The notes beneath the pieces are model-generated. The model was not told the DNA's origin. It did no database searches and worked only from the letters and a program-made list of their open reading frames with translations. From Mycobacterium sp. (lineage in GTDB: Bacteria > Actinomycetota > Actinomycetes > Mycobacteriales > Mycobacteriaceae), in assembly GCA_035642975.1 (NCBI GenBank), contig DASQRI010000141.1, positions 1 through 46,189 of the forward strand: 46,189 nucleotides of DNA. The letters are read 5' to 3'. Below, one piece after another: positions 22,790-32,555 of the stretch (positions within the stretch are counted from its first letter, which is position 1; every line of letters starts with the position of its first letter). Position numbers and translations under genes: made by a program.

Positions 22790-24007
22790 GTGCCGACCCC
22801 TGACCTGCATGTGGTTGTTGTAGGTATCGGCGCCGACGGCTGGGACGGGCTGACGGCGGCGACGCGAGCGGTGATCTTGTCGGCGGAGGTCGTTCTGGGC
22901 GGGCCGCGTCAGCTGGCGCTTCTTCCCGTCGCGGAGGGTCAGACCCGACAACCATGGCCCTCCCCGCTGATGCCGGCGCTGCAGGACGTGCTGCAGCAAT
23001 TGGCGGATCGACGGGTCGTCGCGCTGGCCTCCGGCGACCCGATGTTGAGCGGCATCGGTACCACGCTGGTCGCCACATTGGGCGCCGACCGGGTGACCGT
23101 CATCCCGCACGTGTCGTCGGTGACGCTGGCGCATTCTCGGCTCGGCTGGTCGGCGGAATCCACTGCGGTCGTCAGTGTCGTGGGTCGCGACGTGCACGCA
23201 GTACTGCGCGAATTGGCGCCCGGACGCCGGGTGTTGGTCCTGTCGTCCGGCCAGGAAACGCCGGCGGCTGTTGCCGAATTGCTCGCCGCGCGAGGATACG
23301 GGCCGAGCCGCTTCGTGGTGCTGGGCGACCTCGGCAGCGACCACGAGACGATCCTGGAGACCACTGCCGAGCAATTCTCGGGCGACACACCGCCCCTGAA
23401 TATCGTTGCGCTGCAATTGACTGGACCGCTGCGGGCGGGATGGGCGACCGGGTTGCCCGATGACGCGTTCGAGCACGACGGCCAACTGACCAAGCGGGAT
23501 CTGCGTGCGGCCGCGCTGGCTCGTCTGCTGCCGGCACCCGGGCAGCTGTTGTGGGACGTCGGCGCGGGCGCGGGTTCGGTGGGCATCGAATGGATGCGGA
23601 GTCACCCGACTTGCCGGGCTATCGCGGTGGAAGCCGATGCCGGTCGCGCTGAACGGATTGCCCGCAATGCGCAGAGGCTGGGAGTGCCTGCGCTGCAAGT
23701 GATCCAGGGCGCAGCTCCGGATGCGTTGAGCGAACTGAGCATTCCCGACGCCGTGTTCATCGGTGGCGGCGCGACTCGATCCGGAGTCCTCCGACGATGC
23801 CTCGACGCGCTGCGCGCCGGTGGTCGGATCGTCGTTCACGGCGTGACCGTCGAGACCGAAGCGCTTCTCGCCGAGGCGTACGGCGAACACGGCGGCGAAC
23901 TCAGCCGCATTCACGTCGAGCATGCTGCGCCGGTCGGTTCGTTCACCGGCTGGACGCCTGCGCGGGCGGTGACCCAGTGGGCATTCACCAAGCCGCCCGA
24001 CAACTGA
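22790..24007 (+). CDS. cobL: Precorrin-6Y C5,15-methyltransferase (CbiE/CbiT fusion)
   Basis: VGIGADG, LASGDP, GLPDDAFEHDGQLTK, WDVGAGAGS motifs. Leaderless-type GTG 22790 after -10 TAGCAT. Confidence 0.93.
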   Translation: MPTPDLHVVVVGIGADGWDGLTAATRAVILSAEVVLGGPRQLALLPVAEGQTRQPWPSPLMPALQDVLQQLADRRVVALASGDPMLSGIGTTLVATLGADRVTVIPHVSSVTLAHSRLGWSAESTAVVSVVGRDVHAVLRELAPGRRVLVLSSGQETPAAVAELLAARGYGPSRFVVLGDLGSDHETILETTAEQFSGDTPPLNIVALQLTGPLRAGWATGLPDDAFEHDGQLTKRDLRAAALARLLPAPGQLLWDVGAGAGSVGIEWMRSHPTCRAIAVEADAGRAERIARNAQRLGVPALQVIQGAAPDALSELSIPDAVFIGGGATRSGVLRRCLDALRAGGRIVVHGVTVETEALLAEAYGEHGGELSRIHVEHAAPVGSFTGWTPARAVTQWAFTKPPDN

Positions 24008-24009
24008 CC

Positions 24010-24792
24010 TCAGCATGAGCCGGTGACCGATCGATCTCGTTGCGGGTCGTAGAGATGGCTTTCTCCCGCGCGCGGATCCGCGCGTTCGCCGAGCGCTTCG
24101 CCGACGAGGATCACGGCGGCCTGGCGCAGCCCGGCAGCCTCGACCTGGTCGGCGATGTCGGCAACGGTGCCGCGAAGGACGCGCTCCCCCGGCTGGGTGG
24201 CGCGGTACACGACCACGACCGGGCAGTGTGCGCCGTATTCCGGCGCGAGTTCGTCCATCAGAGCGCGGGTTTGGGTAATTGCCAAGTGCAGCACCAGAGT
24301 TGCCCGGGTCGGCGCGAACGCGGCAAGCGACTCGGTATCCGGCATCGCGGTGGACCGCGCCTGGGTCCGGGTCAGCACGACGGATTGCGCGACCAGCGGG
24401 ACGGTGAGTTCGCGACCGACCCGCGCCGCCGCGGCCGCGTATGCCGGCACCCCCGGTGTGATCTCCCACGGCACCCCCGCCGAGTCGAGTCGCCGGGTCT
24501 GTTCCGATACCGCGCTGTAGAGGCTCGGGTCACCGGACACCAGGCGGACGACCCGTCGGCCGGCGCGGTGCGCATCGACGGTGCGGGCGACGATGTCATC
24601 CAGATCCAATTTTTGGGTGTCGATCAGATCAGCTGTCGGACAGCAATTTTCCAGCACTTCGGGATCAAGATAGCTTCCCGGGTATAGGACGGTGTCTGCG
24701 GTGGCAAGCATCCGCGTCGCGCGTACGGTCATCAGGTCAGCGGCGCCCGGTCCGGCGCCGACAAACTGCACTGCGAACCGCGCGGTGCTCAC
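24010..24792 (-). CDS. cobM: Precorrin-4 C11-methyltransferase
   Basis: FVGAGPGAADL, SGDPSLYSA, PGVPA, ESHLY motifs; GTGA overlap with cobIJ. Confidence 0.93.
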   Translation of the reverse strand: MSTARFAVQFVGAGPGAADLMTVRATRMLATADTVLYPGSYLDPEVLENCCPTADLIDTQKLDLDDIVARTVDAHRAGRRVVRLVSGDPSLYSAVSEQTRRLDSAGVPWEITPGVPAYAAAAARVGRELTVPLVAQSVVLTRTQARSTAMPDTESLAAFAPTRATLVLHLAITQTRALMDELAPEYGAHCPVVVVYRATQPGERVLRGTVADIADQVEAAGLRQAAVILVGEALGERADPRAGESHLYDPQRDRSVTGSC

Positions 24793-26309
24793 CGTACCCA
24801 CCGCGGCGTCCACACTCGACCGGCCGGAGTGGCTCGGGTCGTCGACGCCCCGACCAGGAGAAGGCATTTCATGTCGATGGCGTCGGTGTCGAGGTTGCCC
24901 AGCGTCGTCACGGTCAGTGATTCCTCTGCTCGCCCGACGTCACGACCTACGACGACAACCGTGTCGGCGCAACGGTGTTCGAGCAGGATCTTGCGAGCCA
25001 CGGTGATCTGCTCGGGACGGGCCCGCGATGCCGGGTTGTAGATCGCCAGAACGAGATCGGCGACGGCGACGGCACGCAGTCTTTCCTCGATCACCGACCA
25101 CGGCTTGAGCCGGTCGGACAGACTGAGCACCGCGAAGTCCGCCCCGATGGGCGCGCCGGCCCGGGCCGCGACGGCGTGAACGGCCGAGACGGCGGGTAGC
25201 ACCCGGATGGGAACCGCGGCGAAGCGCTCGTCGTCGGCGGCCTCGAACACTGCCGAGGCCATGCCGAACACGCCCGCGTCGCCGCCGGAGACGACGGCGA
25301 CCTTCTCGCCGCGGAGGGCCAACTCAAGGGCGAATCGTGCGCGGTCGACTTCGACGGTATTGCCGGATGCGTGCCGCTGCAACCCTTTCCGCTGCGGCAC
25401 CCGCGCCACGTACGGGCCGTAGCCGACGACGTGCTGCACCTCGGCAAGCGCGGCCGCCGCCTCCGGCGTCGTCCAGCTTTCCTGGCCCGGCCCCAGACCG
25501 ATGACGAAGAGTTCAGCGACGGCGGTAACGGTTGTAAGGGTTGGTTTTTCGACCTTGTCACGGGAACGCTGACCGTTGACCGAGTCGCCGTTGACGACGA
25601 TCAGAGACAGGTACGGCACGGTGGATTCGTCGACGTCGGCGACCGGCATCCAGCGCTGCTGCGGGTGGCTGGCCCGCTCGACGTAGACCGCATGATCGAG
25701 GCGGCCCGCCGATGCCAGCGCACGCCGGACGGCCGGGAAGGTGCGCCCGAGCTTCATGATGATCGCACCGTCGGTGTCCGCCAGGCGCCGTGCGAGTTCG
25801 GCTTCGGACAGCGTGCCCGGCAGCACGGTCAGCACGTCGGTCTGGCGGACCAGCGGGGAGGCGGTGGCCGCGGTCGCGGCGGTGAACGCCGGTATCCCGG
25901 GTATGACCTCGGTGGCGAAGCGGGTGCTGAGCCGATCGTGCATGTACATGAAGGAGCCGTAGAACAGCGGATCCCCTTCGGCGAGCAGCGCAACCGTGCG
26001 CCCGGCGTCCAGATGCGCGGCCAGCCTGGCAGCTGATTCCTCGTAGAAGTCGGCCAGCGCTCCGGCGTATCCACCGGGATGGTCCGTCGTGCCGGTGGTG
26101 AGGGGGTAGCGCAGTTCCTCCTCGATGGCATCAGCGGGAATCAGGTCCGCCGCGATGGTCCGCGCGTAGGACTGCTTGTTAACGCCCGCGTGGTAGGCGA
26201 CGACATCAGCCTCGCCGATGATCCGGGCCGCCTTGCGGGTGATCAGCTCGGGATCGCCCGGGCCCAGGCCGACTCCGTAGAACCGGCCGTGACTCGGGGC
26301 CGTGGTCAC
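24789..26309 (-). CDS. cobIJ: Fused precorrin-2 C20-methyltransferase / precorrin-3B C17-methyltransferase
   Basis: GVGLGPGDPELIT...EGDPLFYGS domain followed by IGLGPG...SGGDAGVFGMA...SLSDRLKPW domain; start GTG 26309. Confidence 0.94.
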   Translation of the reverse strand: MTTAPSHGRFYGVGLGPGDPELITRKAARIIGEADVVAYHAGVNKQSYARTIAADLIPADAIEEELRYPLTTGTTDHPGGYAGALADFYEESAARLAAHLDAGRTVALLAEGDPLFYGSFMYMHDRLSTRFATEVIPGIPAFTAATAATASPLVRQTDVLTVLPGTLSEAELARRLADTDGAIIMKLGRTFPAVRRALASAGRLDHAVYVERASHPQQRWMPVADVDESTVPYLSLIVVNGDSVNGQRSRDKVEKPTLTTVTAVAELFVIGLGPGQESWTTPEAAAALAEVQHVVGYGPYVARVPQRKGLQRHASGNTVEVDRARFALELALRGEKVAVVSGGDAGVFGMASAVFEAADDERFAAVPIRVLPAVSAVHAVAARAGAPIGADFAVLSLSDRLKPWSVIEERLRAVAVADLVLAIYNPASRARPEQITVARKILLEHRCADTVVVVGRDVGRAEESLTVTTLGNLDTDAIDMKCLLLVGASTTRATPAGRVWTPRWVR

Positions 26310-26986
26310 TCTGCCTCCGAGGCCAGCGCGTTGATTGCCGACGAAGTCATCGCCGATCCCCCCCGCCGTCCACGCACGGTCACGAACGGGATGTCGATTC
26401 CGTGGTCGCGGGACAGCGAGATCAGTGCCTCCTTGGATTGCGCGGCACCGACAAACCCCACCGGACAGCCGACGATGGCAGCGGGCCGAGGCGCACCGTC
26501 GAGGAGCATCTCCAGTAGGTGAAACAGTGCGGTCGGGGCATTGCCGACGGCAACGACCGCACCGCCCAGGACTGGCTCCCACAACGAGACGGCGGCCGCG
26601 GTGCGGGTGGTGTGCCACCGTCGGGCGAGAGCGGGCACGCTGGGGTCACTCAGGAAACAGTGCACCTCGTTGGCGGCCGGGAGCCGGCCGGCGGTGACAC
26701 CGGTGGCGACCATGTTTGCGTCGCAAAGAATGGGGGCGCCGGATTGCAGCGCAGAGCGAGCGGCGGGCACGAGCTCAGCATGGATCACCAGATCGTCGAT
26801 GAGGTCCGGCTGACCGGTGCCGTGGATCATCCGTACAGCCAACTTCTCTGCTTCTGCCGGGACGCGCGAAAGGTCGGCTTCTCGGCGGATGGTGGCGAAC
26901 GAGTCAGCGTAGATGGCGGGGCCGTCGGCAATGTAGTCGTAGCGTGGCGTCGGCCGCCGGGCATCGTACGTCTCGGGACGTATCAC
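26306..26986 (-). CDS. cobH: Precorrin-8X methylmutase
   Basis: IY..SFATIR.E, GNAPTAL, PVGFVGA, GRRGGS motifs; start GTG 26986. Confidence 0.94.
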   Translation of the reverse strand: MIRPETYDARRPTPRYDYIADGPAIYADSFATIRREADLSRVPAEAEKLAVRMIHGTGQPDLIDDLVIHAELVPAARSALQSGAPILCDANMVATGVTAGRLPAANEVHCFLSDPSVPALARRWHTTRTAAAVSLWEPVLGGAVVAVGNAPTALFHLLEMLLDGAPRPAAIVGCPVGFVGAAQSKEALISLSRDHGIDIPFVTVRGRRGGSAMTSSAINALASEAE

Positions 26987-27867
26987 TTGGATACCTCCGC
27001 CGCGTTGGGGATGAGGATGCCCCGCCAGGGCGTGACGACGACATGTGCGACGTCCGCCGCCTGTTCGAGCAGCGACCGGACCACATCGCGGGTTAGTACG
27101 CCGTCGTTGGCGGGCACGTGGCTGCCGCCGGGCACCGTGCCGTAGGGAAGCGGCGGCGCTGGAGCGGGGAGCCGGGGGTCGGCAGGCGTGGGGGGTTGAA
27201 GCGGCCGGGTCAGCTCTCGGATGTGCCACGGCGCATCAGCGCCCGGCCCGCGGGCGTCGAGGAATTGCGCCGCCGGATCAACCAAACGGTCGGCGGCGTC
27301 ACCTATCGGTGTGACGGCTCCCCAATGCTGGCCAATGCGCAGCTGAACCATTCCATCGCCGAGCGCCACACAACCCAGGTCAGTTCCATACTTCCCGGCT
27401 CCAGTGAGGCGGTCGAGCAAGTCGCCGCGGCCATCGTCGAGCGTGAACAGGAAGCGCCCGGGCAGCAGACCCAGTTTTGCGTCTGCACATATCAGGGTGT
27501 CGAGCTGTGTTGCCACGCAACGAAGATCAGCGCGTCCGCCGGCCAGGCCCGTCTGCGGCGACACCAGCACATTTCGCACCAGTTCGTGCGTGCGCGACGG
27601 GAGGAGGCCGGTCGACTCGATCGCCGCCAGGGCGTCCGTCGTCACTTGGCCGCCGCCGGCCAGTCCGCGCAGCTGCAGATTCGCGCGCCAGGTCAGATAG
27701 ATACGTCCGTCAGCGTGCCGTTGGCTGACCTCGGACAGGCGTTGCAGTGCTTCCGTGGGCAGCTGACCACCTACCAGGCGGATTCGCACGAGCAGCCCGT
27801 CGTCGGCCTGCCATGGCCGCAACACGCCAGGGCACATGTCTGCCCGCGCGCGCGTTTCCGTGGTCAA
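26983..27867 (-). CDS. cobG: Precorrin-3B synthase CobG-like protein, short form
   Basis: DMCPG...ADDGLLVRIR, LT.RANLQLRG, GLLPS..HE.VRN...SP, LPGRFLF.LDDG, TPWRG. First gene of the G-H-IJ-M run. Lacks the C-terminal Cys motifs. Confidence 0.8.
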   Translation of the reverse strand: MTTETRARADMCPGVLRPWQADDGLLVRIRLVGGQLPTEALQRLSEVSQRHADGRIYLTWRANLQLRGLAGGGQVTTDALAAIESTGLLPSRTHELVRNVLVSPQTGLAGGRADLRCVATQLDTLICADAKLGLLPGRFLFTLDDGRGDLLDRLTGAGKYGTDLGCVALGDGMVQLRIGQHWGAVTPIGDAADRLVDPAAQFLDARGPGADAPWHIRELTRPLQPPTPADPRLPAPAPPLPYGTVPGGSHVPANDGVLTRDVVRSLLEQAADVAHVVVTPWRGILIPNAAEVSK

Positions 27868-27896
27868 TGGAGGCCTCTGGCTCGTCTGTCTCGTCG

Positions 27897-29738
27897 TTAC
27901 TTCTTACCTTTGTCCGCCGCGCCGTCCGTGGAAAGTGCGGCGACGAACGCCTCCTGCGGCACGTCGACCCGGCCGATGGTCTTCATTCGCTTCTTGCCTT
28001 CCTTCTGCTTCTCGAGCAGTTTGCGCTTGCGGGTGATGTCACCGCCGTAACACTTGGACAGCACGTCCTTGCGGATCGCGCGAATGTTCTCCCGAGCAAT
28101 GATTTTGGATCCGATCGCGGCTTGTATCGGCACCTCGAACTGCTGGCGTGGGATGAGCTCTTTGAGTCTGGTGGTCATCCTGTTGCCGTAGGCCGCGGCG
28201 CCGTCCTTGTGCACGATGGCACTGAACGCGTCGACGGCCTCACCCTGCAACAGGATGTCGACCTTGACCAGCGCGGCCTCCTGCTCGCCGGCTTCTTCGT
28301 AATCGAGGCTGGCGTAGCCGCGGGTGCGCGATTTCAGCGAGTCGAAGAAGTCGAAGATGATCTCGCCCAGTGGCATCGTGTAGCGCAACTCGACACGTTC
28401 GGGCGACAGGTAATCCATGCCTCCCAGTTCGCCGCGCCGCGACTGGCAGAGCTCCATGATGGTGCCGATGAATTCACTCGGCGCGATGATCGTGGTCTTG
28501 ACGATGGGCTCGTACACCGCGCGCACCTTGCCTTCGGGCCAGTCCGACGGGTTGGTGACGACGAGTTCCGAATTGTCTTCCTTGACAACGCGATACACCA
28601 CGTTCGGCGACGTCGAGATCAGGTCGAGGTCGAATTCGCGCTCCAGACGCTCGCGGGTGATCTCCATGTGCAGCAGCCCGAGGAACCCGCACCGGTAGCC
28701 GAAACCGAGCGCCACCGATGTCTCCGGTTCGTAGGTCAGCGCCGCGTCGTTGAGTTGCAGCCTGTCCAGCGCGTCGCGTAGGTCGGGGTAGTCGGACCCG
28801 TCGACCGGATAGAGCCCGGAATAGACCATCGGCCTGGGTTCGCGGTACCCGGTCAGCGCTTCGGTCGCACCGTGGCGCGCGGAGGTGACGGTGTCGCCGA
28901 CCTTCGACTGGCGCACATCCTTCACACCGGTGATCAGGTAGCCCACCTCACCGACGCCGAGGCCGACCGACGGCTTCGGGTCGGGCGAGACGATGCCGAC
29001 CTCGAGCAGTTCATGAGTCGCGCCGGTCGACATCATCGCGATGCGTTCACGCGGGGTGATCTTGCCGTCCACCACGCGCACGTACGTGACCACGCCGCGG
29101 TAGATGTCGTAGACGGAGTCGAAGATCATCGCCCGTGCGGGCGCGTCGGCGTCGCCGGTCGGCGGTGGCACCTCGCGCACGACGTGATCGAGCAGATCGG
29201 CGACGCCCTCCCCCGTCTTGCCCGAGACGCGCAGCACGTCGCTGGGCTCGCACCCGATGATGTGGGCGATCTCTGCCGCATAGCGGTCGGGGTCGGCAGC
29301 GGGTAAGTCGATCTTGTTGAGCACCGGAATGATGTGCAGGTCGCGGTCCAGGGCCAGGTAGAGGTTGGCCAGCGTCTGCGCCTCGATGCCCTGGGCGGCG
29401 TCGACCAGTAGCACCGCGCCCTCGCAGGCCTCCAGTGCGCGAGACACCTCGTAGGTGAAGTCGACGTGGCCGGGGGTGTCGATCAGGTGCAGCACGTACT
29501 CGGTGTCGTCGACTTTCCATGGCAGCCGGACGTTTTGGGCCTTGATGGTGATCCCGCGCTCGCGCTCGATGTCCATCCGGTCGAGGTACTGGGCCCGCAT
29601 CGATCGCTCGTCGACGACGCCGGTGAACTGCAGCATCCGGTCGGCCAGAGTGGACTTGCCGTGGTCGATGTGGGCGATGATGCAGAAGTTCCGAATCTGC
29701 GCCGGCGCGGTGAACGTCTGGTCGGCGAAGCTGCTGAT
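27897..29738 (-). CDS. lepA: Translation elongation factor 4 (LepA), probable non-canonical ATC start
   Basis: The frame extends upstream of ATG 29636 through [44 protein letters not shown] and C-terminal [14 protein letters not shown] motifs. The identity is secure; the start is inferred. Confidence 0.95.
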   Translation of the reverse strand: MSSFADQTFTAPAQIRNFCIIAHIDHGKSTLADRMLQFTGVVDERSMRAQYLDRMDIERERGITIKAQNVRLPWKVDDTEYVLHLIDTPGHVDFTYEVSRALEACEGAVLLVDAAQGIEAQTLANLYLALDRDLHIIPVLNKIDLPAADPDRYAAEIAHIIGCEPSDVLRVSGKTGEGVADLLDHVVREVPPPTGDADAPARAMIFDSVYDIYRGVVTYVRVVDGKITPRERIAMMSTGATHELLEVGIVSPDPKPSVGLGVGEVGYLITGVKDVRQSKVGDTVTSARHGATEALTGYREPRPMVYSGLYPVDGSDYPDLRDALDRLQLNDAALTYEPETSVALGFGYRCGFLGLLHMEITRERLEREFDLDLISTSPNVVYRVVKEDNSELVVTNPSDWPEGKVRAVYEPIVKTTIIAPSEFIGTIMELCQSRRGELGGMDYLSPERVELRYTMPLGEIIFDFFDSLKSRTRGYASLDYEEAGEQEAALVKVDILLQGEAVDAFSAIVHKDGAAAYGNRMTTRLKELIPRQQFEVPIQAAIGSKIIARENIRAIRKDVLSKCYGGDITRKRKLLEKQKEGKKRMKTIGRVDVPQEAFVAALSTDGAADKGKK

Positions 29739-29903
29739 GGGAATCTCCTGGTGAAGCCGGGCTTAGGCCCTTCCAGGGTATCCAGGGACGGCCGCTGCGG
29801 CACAATCGCCGTTGGAGTGAGGTCCCGCACCGGCGATGTGCGCCGAGGTGAAGAACGCGCCTCGTCGGGGCACAACCGTGCCAGCCCGTCCTATGCTGCG
29901 AAC

Positions 29904-30482
29904 ATGGCGTCACAGTGGAAGACGTTCCAGCGGCTGGCCGAAAATCTGGTGTTCAACGAGGCGCCGAAGCTGATCCGGCAGCTCCAGCAATCACCGACCG
30001 TTCAGCGGAGCATCAAGATCGGCTTGGACGTGATCGCCGGCAGCGTGTTCGAACCTCCGGCGGAGATCACCGCGGGCCGACCGGTGACCAGGACCAGCGT
30101 GCCCACCGCACATCGGGCCCGCAGGCTGGTCTATGCACCCGATTTGGACGGCCAGGCCGATCCCGGCGAAATCGTGTGGACATGGGTCACCTACGAGGAG
30201 GACCCCACTCGCGGCAAGGACCGCCCGGTACTGGTGGTAGGCCGCGACCGCGCGACACTGCTCGGCTTGATGATGTCCAGTCAGGAGCGACACGCCGCCG
30301 ACCGGGATTGGGTGGGTATCGGCAGCGGCAGCTGGGATGGCGCCGGCAGGCCCAGCTGGGTGCGGCTAGACCGGGTGCTCAACGTCCCCGAAGAGGGCAT
30401 CCGCCGTGAGGGCGCGATCCTGGACCGCTCCGTCTTCGACATCGTCGCGGCCCGACTGCGCCGTGACTACTCCTGGAGCTGA
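29904..30482 (+). CDS. PemK/MazF-like domain protein, Rv2405-like
   Basis: YAPDLDGQADPGEIVWTWV.YEED...GKDRPVLVVG; leaderless-type ATG 29904 after TATGCT. Confidence 0.85.
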   Translation: MASQWKTFQRLAENLVFNEAPKLIRQLQQSPTVQRSIKIGLDVIAGSVFEPPAEITAGRPVTRTSVPTAHRARRLVYAPDLDGQADPGEIVWTWVTYEEDPTRGKDRPVLVVGRDRATLLGLMMSSQERHAADRDWVGIGSGSWDGAGRPSWVRLDRVLNVPEEGIRREGAILDRSVFDIVAARLRRDYSWS

Positions 30483-30490
30483 GTTATTCG

Positions 30491-30919
30491 TCAACCCTGG
30501 GTGATGTAGGACTGCAGCTGCTCGTGCTCGCTTTCCAGCTCTTCCATCCGCGTCTTCACGACGTCGCCGATGCTGACGATGCCGATCAGGTTTCCGTCGT
30601 CGAGTACCGGCACGTGGCGCACCCGGTTTTCGGTCATCAGCAGGGTGAGGCTGTCTACCGTGTCGGCCTTGCTACAGGTTGAGACCACCGCCGTCATGAT
30701 TTCATCGACCGGCTTCGACAGCACGGACGCGCCATGCTTGTGCAGCTGGCGTACCACGTCACGCTCGGAGACGATGCCGACCACCCCGCCGTCTCCGACC
30801 ACCACCATGGCGCCGATGTTGTGACCGGCGAGCCCGTCGAGCAGTTCGGTGACCGTGGCATCGGGGCCGATCGTCACCACCTCGCCGCCCTTGCTCCGCA
30901 ACACATCTGCAATCCGCAT
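30491..30919 (-). CDS. CBS-domain protein, Rv2406c-like
   Basis: 142 aa, MRIADVLRSKG...GIVSERD...GIVSIGDVVK. Confidence 0.9.
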   Translation of the reverse strand: MRIADVLRSKGGEVVTIGPDATVTELLDGLAGHNIGAMVVVGDGGVVGIVSERDVVRQLHKHGASVLSKPVDEIMTAVVSTCSKADTVDSLTLLMTENRVRHVPVLDDGNLIGIVSIGDVVKTRMEELESEHEQLQSYITQG

Positions 30920-31014
30920 CAAAGCCTCCAACCGATTGTGATCCGGTTCACACCAGGCTACGGCGATATCGGTCGGCGTGAAAGCAGCTGGCGAAATTCG
31001 AACGAACGTCCAGG

Positions 31015-31692
31015 TCAGGTGTGTGTGGACGAGACGTCCCGCCGACGTCCTAGCCGTGCGCCGGCCACCAGCAGCCAGCACATCGCCGTAACCCTTGCCA
31101 CCGGCAAGATCGGGCCGAGCGCGGTCCAGGCCAGCACCAACGTCGTCAATTCGCACAGGATGGCGATCGCCAGGCCAACCCGGGCCAGCGGCCCCGGCAG
31201 AAGCCCGAGGGCCAAGCCCGGCACCGCCACGCCCGCAACGAGAAGGCCCAGCGCCGCGACGTGCCCGACCCCACCGATCAGGAACGCCAGCACGTACAGC
31301 ACCCGCACCGACGCGACGTCGCCACTGATCTCCGGCCGCGACAGCGTCCAGCCCAGCAAACCCGTCAGGCCTAAGGTGCCGGCCGCCAAAATTCCGCCCG
31401 CCAGGGCGATCGTCGGGCCCGTGGTGGTGACACCAAGCCGGCGCAACCGGGCACATGCCGTTGCCGCGTAGAGCGCCAACGGCACCGACGATGCGAACGC
31501 CGTCACCGCGATCACCCGTATCGACAGCGGTTGAGCGCGCACGTACTGCTGGACCGCGACGACCGGCCCGTATGGCAGCGGCATCACGCCGCCAAGCGCG
31601 ACCCCGATCGCCAGACCACCGAAGAGCAACCCAACCCACGCCGCGGCGACCAGCGACAGCGACGGTCCATCGTGTTGCCGTGAATCCGCCAT
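31015..31692 (-). CDS. Multi-pass membrane protein (possibly DUF4386-like)
   Basis: About 225 aa from ATG 31692 with roughly six hydrophobic segments. Confidence 0.65.
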   Translation of the reverse strand: MADSRQHDGPSLSLVAAAWVGLLFGGLAIGVALGGVMPLPYGPVVAVQQYVRAQPLSIRVIAVTAFASSVPLALYAATACARLRRLGVTTTGPTIALAGGILAAGTLGLTGLLGWTLSRPEISGDVASVRVLYVLAFLIGGVGHVAALGLLVAGVAVPGLALGLLPGPLARVGLAIAILCELTTLVLAWTALGPILPVARVTAMCWLLVAGARLGRRRDVSSTHT

Positions 31693-31715
31693 ACCGACAA
31701 CGATATGGCGGAAAA

Positions 31716-32555
31716 CTATGCCAATCGCGTGATTTCGACGACGACGTCGAGGTCGGTGGCGCCCTGTCCGGAGTAGATGCCCTTCAGCGGGGACACGTCG
31801 AAGTAGTCCCGGCCGACACCCACGCTGATGTACTGCTCGTTGATCTCGCTGTCGTTGGTGGGGTCGAGATCCCACCAACTTCCGGTCCAGGCCTGAACCC
31901 AGGCATGGCTCTGCCCGTCCACGGTCTCCCCGATCACCGCGTCGGAGTTGGGATGGTGATAACCGGACACATAACGCGCAGGAATACCCATGCTGCGCAA
32001 CACAATCAGCGACAGATGGACGAAGTCCTGACAGACGCCTTTGCCCTCGCGCAACGCATCCAGACCTGACGAGTGCACACCGGTCGTGCCCCGAACGTAG
32101 TCCAGTTCGCTGCGTACCCACTCCGCAGCCGCGACGACGGCGGCGGCAGGCTCGTGATACTTGGCGATCCGCTTGCCCACGGCCGCAATACGCTTGCTCA
32201 CCGGTGTGTATTCAGTGGGGCGCAGCACCTCGTCGAACCGGTCGATGACCGTCTCGTTATGCAGATCGGACCAGCTGAGCTCTTCCGCCGGAGGCTCCGA
32301 CCGGTCGGTCTCCACAACCGATGAGGACGTCACGGTCAACTCGGTGTGCGGCGCATGCAAGTCGAATGCCGTCACCGCGGTGCCCCAATAGTCGATGTAC
32401 CGGTAGGACCGGGTGGCCGGAACGGTTTCGATACGGCTGAGCACGACGTTCTGCCGGGAGTCTGATCGCGGCGTGAGCCGGGCCTCGTTGTACGAAGCCG
32501 TCGCCGGTGACGGATAGGCATATCCGGTGGCGTGCAGAAGCCGCATCCGCCACAT
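31716..32555 (-). CDS. Transglutaminase-like protein, Rv2409c-like
   Basis: GVCQDF, ARYVSGY, SHAWV, DPTN, GRDY.DV.P catalytic-triad motifs. Confidence 0.92.
   Translation of the reverse strand: MWRMRLLHATGYAYPSPATASYNEARLTPRSDSRQNVVLSRIETVPATRSYRYIDYWGTAVTAFDLHAPHTELTVTSSSVVETDRSEPPAEELSWSDLHNETVIDRFDEVLRPTEYTPVSKRIAAVGKRIAKYHEPAAAVVAAAEWVRSELDYVRGTTGVHSSGLDALREGKGVCQDFVHLSLIVLRSMGIPARYVSGYHHPNSDAVIGETVDGQSHAWVQAWTGSWWDLDPTNDSEINEQYISVGVGRDYFDVSPLKGIYSGQGATDLDVVVEITRLA

Noticed and set aside
27868-27896. GAGCCAGA (minus strand) before cobG as a second B12 riboswitch
   Set aside because: Only an 8-nt match. There is no GGGAA/GCCACTG core and no room for one; at most a remnant.
29904-30482. 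Toxin-antitoxin module
   Set aside because: PemK-like domain but no adjacent antitoxin gene; this is a conserved lepA neighbour.
30998-31013. TCGAAC-GAAC-GTCCAG as an SOS box
   Set aside because: The right half-site has three mismatches to GTTCGA.
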